The position numbers and the translations under genes were made by a program. Shown in pieces: positions 45,741 to 55,336 of a DNA stretch of 64,000 nucleotides; the first letter of the stretch is position 1; the number at the start of each line of letters is the position of its first letter. Below the pieces are notes generated by a model. The model was not told where the DNA came from, did no database searches, and saw only the letters and a program-made list of their open reading frames with translations. The stretch comes from a virus: positions 29,001-93,000 of IMG/VR virus record IMGVR_UViG_3300043607_000039; one strand, written 5' to 3'.

Positions 45741-46141
45741 GACTGCTCTCCGAGCTGCGCCTCCATGGCGGTGAGCAGCTCCGCCTCACCATTGGTGGAT
45801 CGGCCTCCAAAAAGTGTTCCCCTCTTGGCGGCCTCGATGATGCCGTCCCAGCCACCGTGCAGGTCGGTGACCATGACGCTCATCCAGTCGCACAAGGTCA
45901 CCAGGGACAGGAACGCGGTCTCCCGACTCATGTCCTTGAAGATGGCACCAAACTGATCGTGGTAACCGGTGGCCACCTCCAACTGCCCCTTATCCATGGC
46001 GGCATGGAACGTCATGTAGGCGCTCAGCAGGCCGGAGGCGGCAGTGCGCGCGGCTGACATCGCCTGGTCGTGTTCAGCGATGTCTTGCGCTGTGAACTGG
46101 TGTTGCACCAGGTGCGAGAGCTGGTCGTCCGCCTCGCTCAT
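45737..46141 (-). CDS. Hypothetical protein
   Basis: Coupled ORF. Confidence 0.55.
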   Translation of the reverse strand: MSEADDQLSHLVQHQFTAQDIAEHDQAMSAARTAASGLLSAYMTFHAAMDKGQLEVATGYHDQFGAIFKDMSRETAFLSLVTLCDWMSVMVTDLHGGWDGIIEAAKRGTLFGGRSTNGEAELLTAMEAQLGEQS

Positions 46142-46341
46142 TTGCCATCACTCTCCATATAGGACGGTAGGTTGGATACGCAGGACCGGCACTTGCGACG
46201 AGTGCCGTCGCTGTCGAGCCAGGTGCCGAGAACGAAGCGCACCTCACGGCCACAGAGGGCCTGGGGATCGTCTCGGTGTCGGAAAGCGTGGTCGACCGCG
46301 CCATTGGAGGCAAAGCGCCAAATCAGTAAGGGTCTGCTCAT
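46138..46341 (-). CDS. Small Zn-finger protein
   Basis: H..ALCG..CRSC. Confidence 0.55.
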   Translation of the reverse strand: MSRPLLIWRFASNGAVDHAFRHRDDPQALCGREVRFVLGTWLDSDGTRRKCRSCVSNLPSYMESDGK

Positions 46342-46601
46342 AGCTCAGCCTCCGGGTCGTTGGTGGGGACTTCCTCCCATGGTCCGTATGTGACGGTCCG
46401 TCGGAGCAATTTGGCGGGTACGTCGGGCCGGTCCTCTAGCCACGTCTTGACCCGGACTTGGGCCAGGGCGAGATCGCGGCCGGTGGGCATCAGGAACTCG
46501 CCCTCGATGACCCGGTCGCTGCCGGGGAACAGCGTCGTGGGTCCATGCAGAGAGGCCCACTCGAAATGGTCCTCCTGCTGGAACCCGAAGACAGTCGTCA
46601 C
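46338..46601 (-). CDS. Hypothetical protein (RTV..GPW family)
   Basis: RRTVTYGPWEEV. Confidence 0.55.
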   Translation of the reverse strand: MTTVFGFQQEDHFEWASLHGPTTLFPGSDRVIEGEFLMPTGRDLALAQVRVKTWLEDRPDVPAKLLRRTVTYGPWEEVPTNDPEAEL

Positions 46602-46942
46602 GGCAGTGTCGGGTTGTCGAGAGTGAATTCGTACGGCTCATCCGGATCGTTCACGGCCCAGAGGTCGGTCACACCGTCCGGGAACTCGACCAGGTAGCAG
46701 CTGCGCCCCTCGCCCAGAACGAAGTCCTTTAGCTCGGCCCATTCGCCGGAGCGGAAGCCATTCGGATGGGTGTGCCGGACCCAAACCTCTTCGTTCCATG
46801 CCGACACCTTGGACAAGATCCAGTCGAGGCCGGCGTACACAAGCCGAATTGGGCCCAGGATCACGATACTGAGGGCATAGGCCAAGATTTCAATGGACCG
46901 AGACCCCCAGCCCCAACCCTCGTGGAGCGGTGTCAGCCTCAT
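46598..46942 (-). CDS. Hypothetical protein
   Basis: FRSGEWA..CYLVEFPDG. Confidence 0.55.
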   Translation of the reverse strand: MRLTPLHEGWGWGSRSIEILAYALSIVILGPIRLVYAGLDWILSKVSAWNEEVWVRHTHPNGFRSGEWAELKDFVLGEGRSCYLVEFPDGVTDLWAVNDPDEPYEFTLDNPTLP

Positions 46943-47199
46943 CAGCGGATCCCCTGCTTCTCCCAGTACTCCCAGACCGCGGTCGTTACCGCGATGACGT
47001 GATCGTGCTCGTCTTCCACGGCCATGGCTAGAGCCTCAGCCGTCCAGATCATCGGACCGAAGATGGAGGCCAGGGCGGCGGCCACCTTGTTGACCGACGT
47101 CATGGGGTCGTTCGCATCCGGGTCGGTAGGCGGCACTGGTGGGACCGCCAAAATCATCTCGGCGATGATGTCTCGGAGTTCAGCGCTCGGGTAGTTCAT
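46942..47199 (-). CDS. Hypothetical protein
   Basis: Coupled ORF. Confidence 0.5.
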   Translation of the reverse strand: MNYPSAELRDIIAEMILAVPPVPPTDPDANDPMTSVNKVAAALASIFGPMIWTAEALAMAVEDEHDHVIAVTTAVWEYWEKQGIR

Positions 47200-47666
47200 C
47201 GTGGAGCGGGGGCGCTGAGCACGTTGTCCGGGTGACCGCCTCGGCGGTAGACCTCAGACCAGTGGATGGGGGCCTGGGTGGCGACATCGAGCCAGCCGCC
47301 GGACTCGCTGGAGAGGTGAGCGAAGACGTTGATCTCGCCGTTCTCCTCCATGGCCGCGATCCAGGTGCCCACGGAGGGCTCGGCCGGCACCTCGGGCGCG
47401 AGGATGACCCGCACCACGTGATCGGGGCGAATGAAGCACTCGTACTGGTCGGTCTTGCTGAACAAGACGATCCGGTAGCCCAGCTCGCCCGGGTAGACCT
47501 CCAGAATCTTCGCCTGGAGCAGTACAACGTCTCCGGGCTTTCCGGCGGTGATCACTCCATGACGCGTGGGGGGGTGGTCGCTGTGGAACCAATCGCTATC
47601 GGCGGTCGGTGACTTCCGCGCGATCTCGGAGTTCTTGCTCCACGCATCCTTAAGGGTGAATTCCAC
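47196..47666 (-). CDS. Hypothetical protein
   Basis: High GC3 ORF with RBS. Confidence 0.55.
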   Translation of the reverse strand: MEFTLKDAWSKNSEIARKSPTADSDWFHSDHPPTRHGVITAGKPGDVVLLQAKILEVYPGELGYRIVLFSKTDQYECFIRPDHVVRVILAPEVPAEPSVGTWIAAMEENGEINVFAHLSSESGGWLDVATQAPIHWSEVYRRGGHPDNVLSAPAPR

Positions 47667-47828
47667 GGAGGGTCGCCTTTCTCAGGTCCGGTGCAGGGGG
47701 CGCCCCCGCTGATGCCGTCGAGGTGGATGCCGCAGGTCTGACATGTCGCAAAGTCGTTGTCAAAGCGGCAAAGTGGGAGGTGGGAGCTGTCGTAGCCATC
47801 CTCCGTCATCATGTTCCCACGATGCCAC

Positions 47829-47848
47829 ACCCGGATGTAGGGGTCAAG
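47829..47848 (-). promoter_or_regulatory. Leftward promoter -35 with operator
   Basis: ACCCGGATGTAGGGGT followed by CAAG (TTGACC on minus strand). Confidence 0.6.
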
Positions 47849-47943
47849 ACCCCAACTGTCCAATATGGACAAAATGGACAAGCGCCAGGGACCTTGGCAA
47901 GAAGGTCCCTGGCGCTTGAGTGATGACTCCAGGAGATGCTAGA

Positions 47944-48711
47944 TCAGCAGAACGAGACGCCCCGGTCGGCCATGAAGGACACCGGGTTCACCCGAGTGTT
48001 CCAGAGCCCGTTGGGGTGCACCTCGAAGTGCAGGTGAGGACCCTGGGCATCGCCAGTCTGGCCGACGTAGCCGATCACCTGGCCCGCGTTGACCCAGCCG
48101 CTGGTGACCGCGTAGCTCGACTGGTGCATGTACACCGTGAACAAGCCGTTGCCGTGGTTGATGGTGGTGTAGTTGCCGGCGCCCCCGGCCTCGTAGGCCA
48201 CAGACACCGTGCCACCGGTGACCGCATGGATCGGGGTGCCGTAGCCAGCGTTCAAGTCGATGCCCTGGTGCATCCGGCCCCAGCGCATGCCGAAACCGGA
48301 GATATTGCAGGCGCCAGGGGTCGGGTTGTACCAGCCACTGCTTGCTGCCGCCGGCTGTGGCGCCGGGGCGGGAGCACTCGGCGCGGGCGCGGAGCCCGCG
48401 GCCGGAATGGCCAGCTTCTGGCCCGGGAAGATGAGGTTGGCGTCGGCGATGAAGGTGTTGACCTTCCAGACCGCCTGCCAGTTCGTGCCGTACCTTCCGG
48501 CGATGCCGGACAGAGTGTCGCCTGAAACCACCACATAGGACTGATCCAGAGCGGTGGACTTCGCGGGTACCCCAGTCACCTCGTTGGTGACGGCCACACT
48601 CGCAGCGCGAGGTGCGGCCGGGGCGGCCATGACAGGAGCGGGAAGGGCGACAACCACACCGGTTGCCACCATGGCCGCTAGCGCCATGGCCAGGCGTCTA
48701 CTGCTGGACAT
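47944..48711 (-). CDS. Secreted LysM + M23 peptidase
   Basis: Signal peptide; YVVVSGDTLSGIA LysM; HQGID, YMH, PHLHFEV. Confidence 0.92.
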   Translation of the reverse strand: MSSSRRLAMALAAMVATGVVVALPAPVMAAPAAPRAASVAVTNEVTGVPAKSTALDQSYVVVSGDTLSGIAGRYGTNWQAVWKVNTFIADANLIFPGQKLAIPAAGSAPAPSAPAPAPQPAAASSGWYNPTPGACNISGFGMRWGRMHQGIDLNAGYGTPIHAVTGGTVSVAYEAGGAGNYTTINHGNGLFTVYMHQSSYAVTSGWVNAGQVIGYVGQTGDAQGPHLHFEVHPNGLWNTRVNPVSFMADRGVSFC

Positions 48712-48796
48712 GCTTTCTCCTTGTTCAAGGAACACCGAACTGCCGAATGGCAGGGTGCCTTCCGCCCAAAGCGGGGGCGGGAAGTCGTGGTCGGAC

Positions 48797-49153
48797 TCAG
48801 CGGCTACGCCAGTCGCCGTCCCCGCCGTCCTCACGGATGGCGGCCTGGATCATCTCGATGGCCTTGACGCAGTCCTCATCGGAGATGGAGTCGTTGCCTT
48901 TGTTGTGGGAGATGTGGTCGAAGATGCGACCGGCCTCCTCGGTCCAGGGCAGGTTCGTGTTCCAGTCATCCTCGATCGCGAAGCCGATGCCGATGGTCAT
49001 GAACTTGGGGAACGCGATGATCGCCTGCCCGTCATCGACCCGGACCCGGTAGGCCCAGTAGTCCTCAGAGATCGGCGGCGTAAGCATGGCAACGCCGAAC
49101 TCGGGAGTGAGGTTCTCTTGGTCGCGTCGCTCCAGAACAAGGTCAGTCGCCAC
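48797..49153 (-). CDS. Hypothetical phage protein
   Basis: EDYWAYRV..FPKF.TIGIGFA.E.DWNTNLP. Confidence 0.6.
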   Translation of the reverse strand: MATDLVLERRDQENLTPEFGVAMLTPPISEDYWAYRVRVDDGQAIIAFPKFMTIGIGFAIEDDWNTNLPWTEEAGRIFDHISHNKGNDSISDEDCVKAIEMIQAAIREDGGDGDWRSR

Positions 49154-49523
49154 TGATCTCTCCCTCGGTTGATACCACGTACGCGTTCGCGGCTTCAATG
49201 AGGCCACGGACCGCGTCAAAGCGCCGGCTCACGTCGTTGGTGACGTTCACCAGACCGGCGTAGTCCCGCTTCGCCTGGGCCAGCTCCCCCTCAAGTCCGT
49301 GAGCCCGTTCATTGGCTGCCGAGGCCGCCGCGCGCCACATGTCTCTGTCGTGCTGGGCTTGGTCGAGCTGGGCGATGGTGTCCCGTAGCGCACTTTGGGA
49401 AGAGGCCAGAAGCTCCTTGAGATTCCTCGTCTCGTGGTCCAGGCCCAGCTCGTTGGAGACCATGCTCCGTAGGCGCTCGTACTTCTCCGTCCACGCCCTG
49501 ATCTCGTTGTCAAGAAGACTCAT
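49143..49523 (-). CDS. Coiled-coil hypothetical protein
   Basis: Heptad pattern; coupled. Confidence 0.55.
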   Translation of the reverse strand: MSLLDNEIRAWTEKYERLRSMVSNELGLDHETRNLKELLASSQSALRDTIAQLDQAQHDRDMWRAAASAANERAHGLEGELAQAKRDYAGLVNVTNDVSRRFDAVRGLIEAANAYVVSTEGEISGD

Positions 49524-50017
49524 GATCTCTCCTCAGTGATCCATGGTCCATGATGGACAGTGCGATGCAGGACCTCGGCCTCAGCTCCCTGAAGCACGAC
49601 GGACTCGACCAGCCCCCGGGCCTCTTCCTCGTCGATGCAGGGGACGGTGCGGGTCCACTCCTTATTGGGCGCCCGGTACCGGTAGGCCCACTCCAGGGTC
49701 GGCTCGCCCAGGTCGACCTTGTTCAGCGCCTGCCGCAAAGCCTCATTGCGGAACTGTTCACGATTGCGTTCAGCAACGGCCAGCTTCCGGAACACGACCT
49801 CGATCTCCAGCTCCTTGTGCAGCTTCTCCAGTTCCTCAGTCAGGCGCAGGACCTCGACGGCGACGATCTCGTCGGGGGTTGGCATCGGACCGGGGACTCG
49901 ACCGTAGGCTGGATCACGCATGATTTCGTGATGGAGGTGGCGCAACTGCTGATACAGCAGGTCTGCCGGCTCGGCCACGTCACCGTCTCGCCATCCCCAC
50001 CAACGTGCCCTGCTCAC
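49520..50017 (-). CDS. Hypothetical protein (RTV..GPW family)
   Basis: HRTVHHGPW C-terminus. Confidence 0.55.
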   Translation of the reverse strand: MSRARWWGWRDGDVAEPADLLYQQLRHLHHEIMRDPAYGRVPGPMPTPDEIVAVEVLRLTEELEKLHKELEIEVVFRKLAVAERNREQFRNEALRQALNKVDLGEPTLEWAYRYRAPNKEWTRTVPCIDEEEARGLVESVVLQGAEAEVLHRTVHHGPWITEERS

Positions 50018-50589
50018 TGGTCGTCCTCTTTGGACAATGGCGTCCAGGGGCCCTGGTACCGCGGCCAGTCGTCGTTAACACCGTCACCGGGCCACGAGGT
50101 GACCACACGGGTGTGGGTCACGTTGGGCGCGGGGGGAGAGGAGTGGAAGCCGAGACTCAGGATCATGGCCAACTGGTTTCGACCGGCCACGATGAGCCGG
50201 CCGTACTCAACCTGCTCCACGCCGCCGGACGGCAGGAGGAGGTCCAACTTGGCCGCCCCAGCCAAAGCCAGCTTGGCCAACTGGTTCAGGTCGTACGCGG
50301 AGATCTCGTTGCACGTCCACCGTGAGGCGTGAGTGCGCAGATATTCGCCGAGCGCATCCCCAGGATCGGTCATCGGTCCCCATTCGCCGTAGGAGATGGT
50401 GATGGTGCGGTGCTCGATCCGGCCGCCTGGGTGATGCTTCAGGGCCTGGCCATCCTTCACCCAGCCCTGGTCGCCGTACACATGGCGCGTTCCATCTGGA
50501 TCCACGACGCAGTACTGGTCCGCGGTCTCGGGGCTGTCATCTGGATGCTGTTCGGCCAGAGCATCGAGCGCGAGCCGGTGCTGAATCAC
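50014..50589 (-). CDS. Hypothetical protein
   Basis: Coupled ORF. Confidence 0.5.
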   Translation of the reverse strand: MIQHRLALDALAEQHPDDSPETADQYCVVDPDGTRHVYGDQGWVKDGQALKHHPGGRIEHRTITISYGEWGPMTDPGDALGEYLRTHASRWTCNEISAYDLNQLAKLALAGAAKLDLLLPSGGVEQVEYGRLIVAGRNQLAMILSLGFHSSPPAPNVTHTRVVTSWPGDGVNDDWPRYQGPWTPLSKEDDQ

Positions 50590-50939
50590 TGGGGTACCTC
50601 TTCCTCGGCGAGGGTGACACTGTATGCGCGAGCCAGGGCCAGAACGTCACGGCAGGGCCACGGGGCATTGTCTCGACACCGCCCACACCACAGCTGCGAG
50701 CCGAAGTTCTCGGCATCCCAGCCGGTGAACCGCTGCGGTCGATGTAGGCGCAGGATCTCGAAGTCCCGGTCCGTTTGACGCATGACGAACTCCGGAACCT
50801 CATGCACCGTAAAGTCGTTGGCGTCAGCTGCTGGCGTCCATTCCTCGTCCACCATGTGCGCGGCCCGTATGCTCCGAGCCTCGATGGTGTCCCACAACCG
50901 CTGGAATGCCGGTGTCTCAGGAACGGCTTCAGCTCCCAT
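50586..50939 (-). CDS. Hypothetical protein
   Basis: ILRLH..C..C...WPC..VLALA.Y motif; start uncertain. Confidence 0.55.
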   Translation of the reverse strand: MGAEAVPETPAFQRLWDTIEARSIRAAHMVDEEWTPAADANDFTVHEVPEFVMRQTDRDFEILRLHRPQRFTGWDAENFGSQLWCGRCRDNAPWPCRDVLALARAYSVTLAEEEVPQ

Positions 50940-51291
50940 GGTGCACTTCCCTCCAGGGGCCTTCGTGAATGGTGCGGACGACGATGCGGCTGGCTTCGTA
51001 GTCGCGTCTGGTGGTGACCACGGCCCGTTCGGCCATCTCTGCACTCCGACCAACGTTGTACGCCCCAGACCAGTGACCTGCGCCCCGTCGGAGCTGGAAG
51101 CCGTACTCCTCGGTCGTGATGCCGCACATTCCAGAGACCAGCAGTTCCCGTTGGGACAGGTGTGACAGGACTTTCCTGGCATCCTCCCGACAAACGTCGT
51201 CCGGTCGTTGAGGGTTGAATGTCGCCAGAAGCCGGGCGAGGTCTTCCACCGTCTCGACCGTCCATGTCGGCATGCTGCTGACGCTCCCCAT
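50929..51291 (-). CDS. Hypothetical protein (RTV..GPW family)
   Basis: RTIHEGPWREV. Confidence 0.5.
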   Translation of the reverse strand: MGSVSSMPTWTVETVEDLARLLATFNPQRPDDVCREDARKVLSHLSQRELLVSGMCGITTEEYGFQLRRGAGHWSGAYNVGRSAEMAERAVVTTRRDYEASRIVVRTIHEGPWREVHHGS

Positions 51292-51315
51292 CTCGTAGTC
51301 AGGTGACTGGATATT

Positions 51316-51331
51316 ACCCCTACGTACCCAT
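51316..51331. promoter_or_regulatory. Degenerate operator copy in intergenic gap
   Basis: ACCCCTACGTACCCAT. Confidence 0.5.
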
Positions 51332-51336
51332 GAGGC

Positions 51337-51645
51337 TCAAGAGGCTGACGGATCTCCGTCGTCCAAGAGGTAGCCCGGCTCGGGTACGCCCGCGGCCCAT
51401 AGCCTGTCGGCCAGGTCGGCGATGTCTCGCATCGAGCCCATGATCAGACTCAGTGGCATGTTGAAAGTGAGCAGGTCGTGCCGCTTGACGCCGTCCTCCA
51501 GCTGCCCGCCCATCTCCCTGACCCTGATCCCGAGCCCGGCGATGGCGCGCACCAGGTCATCGGGCAGGTCCGGATAGCGAGGGGCCGCGGAGAAGATCTC
51601 CTCCCAGGCGTCGGCCGGGAAAACCGTGTCCTCGAACTCAGGCAT
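51337..51645 (-). CDS. Hypothetical protein
   Basis: 102 aa ORF. Confidence 0.55.
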   Translation of the reverse strand: MPEFEDTVFPADAWEEIFSAAPRYPDLPDDLVRAIAGLGIRVREMGGQLEDGVKRHDLLTFNMPLSLIMGSMRDIADLADRLWAAGVPEPGYLLDDGDPSAS

Positions 51646-51989
51646 CAGTCCTCTTCCGGGTAGCCGGCGGCCCGAAGGGCGCTTTCGATTGTCACCAGGT
51701 CCTCGTCGGTGGTGCTCATCTCCGGGTGCTCCAGTAGGTCCGGGTAGCAGATGGCCACCTCGACCATGTACCGGATCGGGTTGATGGCCGACCGGGTCAG
51801 GTCACCGCGCTCCAGGAGACTGGCCTTCGACAGCACGTCGGTCACATGCTTGTCCCAGATGCTGTAGGCCTCGTGCGCCGTCACGAGACCGAACTTCCTG
51901 AGGTCGTCCGGACCCGCCTCCCACGAGTCTCCGTTGGTCAGGACGACGTGCAACGTCCCCTCGATGGGACGGTCAAAGTTGGCCTTCAT
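51645..51989 (-). CDS. Hypothetical protein
   Basis: MKANFDRP...; coupled. Confidence 0.55.
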   Translation of the reverse strand: MKANFDRPIEGTLHVVLTNGDSWEAGPDDLRKFGLVTAHEAYSIWDKHVTDVLSKASLLERGDLTRSAINPIRYMVEVAICYPDLLEHPEMSTTDEDLVTIESALRAAGYPEED

Positions 51990-52411
51990 TGGAACTCCCT
52001 TGGGAACTGGTCGTTGTAGCCATGGCCCCATTCCGGGCTGGAGTCCACTAGACCGAAGTACTCCTTCATCCACCTCAAGAGGCGATCGGCTCCCTCCCCG
52101 CTCCAGCCGTCTTCGTCGTAGCGCAACGACTCAGCCTCCAAGGCCACCCAGGCAATGATCCGGCGACGTTCGTCAGCCCTGATCAGTTCGTCATGGCCCC
52201 TCTCGATGGAGACCATAGGAGTCTTCCCTGGCGCCTGGAGTTGTTCCACCAACAGCTGCGGGCTCCCGTGTGGCGGGCGCCCAGAACCGGCGCAGAACTT
52301 GCCCTTGGTCTTGTCTCGAAGCTCGAACGGAACCCAGTGGTTGCGAACGGTGCCAAAAGTAAACACCTCGTACTTGCGGAAGCAGACGCTACAGAGCCCG
52401 CGCTGTCGCAT
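51986..52411 (-). CDS. Hypothetical protein
   Basis: CSVC..H..CAGSG. Confidence 0.5.
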   Translation of the reverse strand: MRQRGLCSVCFRKYEVFTFGTVRNHWVPFELRDKTKGKFCAGSGRPPHGSPQLLVEQLQAPGKTPMVSIERGHDELIRADERRRIIAWVALEAESLRYDEDGWSGEGADRLLRWMKEYFGLVDSSPEWGHGYNDQFPREFQ

Positions 52412-52413
52412 TC

Positions 52414-52965
52414 CTACTCAACCTCCTCCCGGAACAGGTCAATGAACTCCTGGATCTTGGTCAGGTGCTTTTTGACCAGACCCTCTCTGCTGGCCGGCGA
52501 GATCAGCAGCACCTTACCGACCTCCCGCAGCCGCGTGCCTTGGCCGGGCTCCAGTCCGTAGCTAAGGTCATCATCGGTCCAAACCAGGGGGCGCCCCTCT
52601 TCGCTGACCACTCGCCAGCCGGCCGGCCACTTCCACCAATTGTCACCGAAGCGGTTCCCAAACTCGGGAGCATCCTGCACCTCAAAGGTAGGCAGCCCAA
52701 GCGCGGTAGCCAGGTTCTGAGCGGCTTCCTGCCATGTGGTATGCCACCGGATTTCCACCAGGCCACTGGCGTGCACCTCGTTGATGAAGTCCACCACCGG
52801 CTGGGCAGCCAGAATCGGCCACGTTCGGCTATAGCCAAGGGCCTCAGTCTGAACCCAGGCTTCATGGGGCCAGATGTTGGTTTGCGGCTCTTTGCTAACC
52901 GCGTTGAGTACGCCGTCGATGTCCAGCAACCACACCGGCTTATTGGGATTCGTCAAGCTCGTCAA
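52414..52965 (-). CDS. HAD-domain phosphatase (RNA-repair 'Swiss army knife' type)
   Basis: LLDIDGVLN, W.TTW, WK, LVWTDDD, GL. Confidence 0.8.
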   Translation of the reverse strand: MTSLTNPNKPVWLLDIDGVLNAVSKEPQTNIWPHEAWVQTEALGYSRTWPILAAQPVVDFINEVHASGLVEIRWHTTWQEAAQNLATALGLPTFEVQDAPEFGNRFGDNWWKWPAGWRVVSEEGRPLVWTDDDLSYGLEPGQGTRLREVGKVLLISPASREGLVKKHLTKIQEFIDLFREEVE

Positions 52966-53347
52966 TCCTTCCGCCCCGACGCAGCAGCGCCACGGCCTCG
53001 TCATCCGGACCACGTCCGATCGCCTGGCAGTAGGCACTCAGGTTCGCTCGCGGCAGCTCGTAGAGGTAACCATCATCGGGGGCACCGTGCCTGAGGGCGA
53101 ATGCCTCCTCTTCCCAGCCGTAGTCCCCATCGATGTCCGACGTACCGAGGATGTCGGTCCGCTCCAATCGGGCATCGGGGCCAGTTCCTGGGAACGGCTG
53201 ACAGGTTGGATGCTCCCGTCGGTACTCGGTCCACAAGTACTCGTAGAGCAGTGCCCGGGTGCCATGCCAGATGGGTGCGTCCACATTGGAGGACCAGATC
53301 ACGTACGCGTCCTGGTCCTGATCGACCTTGAGGAGAATATGACCCAC
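52940..53347 (-). CDS. Hypothetical protein
   Basis: YVIWSSNVDAP..RLER..GTS. Confidence 0.6.
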   Translation of the reverse strand: MGHILLKVDQDQDAYVIWSSNVDAPIWHGTRALLYEYLWTEYRREHPTCQPFPGTGPDARLERTDILGTSDIDGDYGWEEEAFALRHGAPDDGYLYELPRANLSAYCQAIGRGPDDEAVALLRRGGRIDELDESQ

Positions 53348-53793
53348 TAGAGCTTGACCGGCTTCACGATGAGCAGACTCTCGTAGACCCGGCCGTTGCC
53401 GTCGTGGCGCCTCTCCTCGTGGTCAGACCACAGGTGAACGAGAATGTCGTGGTCCTCGGCCGTGGGGCCGCGGTGCTGGATTCGGCCGCACTCGCTGCAC
53501 GTGAGCTGCCAGGAGCCGCCGTGGCGTCGGTCGTAGTTGAGCCAGCCCTCGATGCCGGTCTGCGCGTTCATGATGCTGTTTATCTCGTCTGCGCCTTCGG
53601 GAGCCGGCGTGTCCACCTCCACTCCGCAGACGATGAGGCCATGGGCCACGAACTCGACAATCCGAGCCCACTCGTCATCAGGCAGGGCGGAGATCTGCTT
53701 GTGGATCGCGACCGCCTCGGTGCTGTCGGCTGCCTTCCGGAACGCGGTGTGGAACCCCTCACTCAACAGCGAGGCCAACTCGTCCTTCGTCAT
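53347..53793 (-). CDS. Hypothetical protein
   Basis: MTKDELAS...CSECG. Confidence 0.55.
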   Translation of the reverse strand: MTKDELASLLSEGFHTAFRKAADSTEAVAIHKQISALPDDEWARIVEFVAHGLIVCGVEVDTPAPEGADEINSIMNAQTGIEGWLNYDRRHGGSWQLTCSECGRIQHRGPTAEDHDILVHLWSDHEERRHDGNGRVYESLLIVKPVKL

Positions 53794-53858
53794 TGCTTCA
53801 CCTCTTCTTGAATGCCTGAGTGGATCGCTTGGTCGCAGACATTCACCCACGGTGTCAC

Positions 53859-53878
53859 ACCCGGACGTAGGGGTCAAG
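53859..53878 (-). promoter_or_regulatory. Leftward promoter -35 with operator
   Basis: ACCCGGACGTAGGGGT-CAAG. Confidence 0.6.
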
Positions 53879-54116
53879 GTCTAAGCTGGCTGACTGCCGA
53901 GCACGGTCCGACCAGCGTCAGTAATCACTACCGGTCCGGTGCGGCTACCAGGCGCACGTGGCCCGATCTCCACCCAGCCAGCCTCCTCTAGCTCCGAGAT
54001 TGCAGCAGTCACCAGGAGACCGTGATGGTAAATGAATCGCTCGTTAGGGAGATGGTCACAGCGCACCTGCCCGTCAACCACCATCCGAAGTAGAGCGATG
54101 TGGGTCCTTGTTGGCG

Positions 54117-55328
54117 TCACGCGGCCACCGTACGACGGTGCCGGATGCTGGACCAAACAGCTGGGATGATGAACGCCAGACCCGTGAGTCCAATGATCCA
54201 TTCAGGCAGGTGCACGTGGTACAGCTTCGTGATCATGATGGCGCCGAGCACGCCGATGGCCCAGTGGGCCCCGTGTTCCAGGTACAGGAACTTCTCCAGG
54301 GTCCGCTGCCGCACGAGGTACACGGTCAACGAACGCACCCACAAGGCGCCAGCCCCCAGGCCGGCCATAATGACCACGACGCTGGAGCTAATGGCAAAGG
54401 CGCCGATGACACCGTCGAACGAGAAGCTGGCGTCCAGGATCTCCAGGCGCACGAACATGACCGCGGCGGCCGTCCCCACCAGAACTTTGATCTGGGGGGC
54501 CTTGGTGAGGTGCTTGGGGCTGCGTTCGAAGGCTTCCTTAACCTCTTTGACTGACTCGTTGGGGACAACGACATAGCCATCGCGGGTCGGGTCGTACCAG
54601 GCATCGTGTCGCTGTCGAATGTTGGGAGCCACTGGCACCCAAGCCTCGATCCACTTCTCTGGCCCCGGCTCGGCCTCAGGCTCATCACCCTCGCCATCCA
54701 CGATCTTGCCGAAGACGTCGAGCCCCACGTGCAGGGCGATCCCAGCCACCCCAGCGATCAAGATGGTCAGACGCTCCTCTGTGGACTCAGGCACGGTCAT
54801 GGCAACGACGAGTACGCCCAGCACGAGGGCCAGGATGCCGGTGTTGTCGTAGCGGCCCAGGAACGTCAGCCGGGACTCGATGGCGTGTAGCCAGTGGTGC
54901 CGCTTGGCGGCGTCGAGGAAGAAACTCATGGCGATCATCAGCAGGAAGATGCCACCGAACGAGTCGATGGCCGGGGCCGCCTTCTCCAGCTCGTGGCCAT
55001 AGACGTCGGGCTGCTCGAACGCGAGGCGTAGCACGGCCCACGGGTTCAGGCCCGAGGTGAGCGAGACGATGAACACGGGCAACGCGAACCGGACCACGAA
55101 CACGGCCACGAAGATGCCGACGGTCATGAAGAACCGTTGCCACCACGGGGACATGTGGGACAGGAGCTTGGCGTTGACGACCGCGTTGTCGAAGCTGAAC
55201 GTGATCTCCAGGACCGTCAGGGTGACCACAATGAGCAGCTGCGTGAAACCAAGGCCAGTGGCCACGGCCGCCCAGATGGCGACCGTGGCCACAGCTGAGA
55301 ACGCGAAGGTCCTCATGGTTTGGTTCAT
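54117..55328 (-). CDS. TerC-like DUF475 membrane protein
   Basis: LEITFSFDNAVVNA, LDASFSFDGVIGAFA, YLEHGAHWAI. Confidence 0.9.
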   Translation of the reverse strand: MNQTMRTFAFSAVATVAIWAAVATGLGFTQLLIVVTLTVLEITFSFDNAVVNAKLLSHMSPWWQRFFMTVGIFVAVFVVRFALPVFIVSLTSGLNPWAVLRLAFEQPDVYGHELEKAAPAIDSFGGIFLLMIAMSFFLDAAKRHHWLHAIESRLTFLGRYDNTGILALVLGVLVVAMTVPESTEERLTILIAGVAGIALHVGLDVFGKIVDGEGDEPEAEPGPEKWIEAWVPVAPNIRQRHDAWYDPTRDGYVVVPNESVKEVKEAFERSPKHLTKAPQIKVLVGTAAAVMFVRLEILDASFSFDGVIGAFAISSSVVVIMAGLGAGALWVRSLTVYLVRQRTLEKFLYLEHGAHWAIGVLGAIMITKLYHVHLPEWIIGLTGLAFIIPAVWSSIRHRRTVAA

Positions 55329-55336
55329 GGGGCGGG

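Noticed and set aside
48715-48810. c-di-AMP (ydaO) riboswitch upstream of LysM-M23
   Set aside because: Only a CGCTGAGTCC-like start on the minus strand; the other conserved segments are absent and the region is too short
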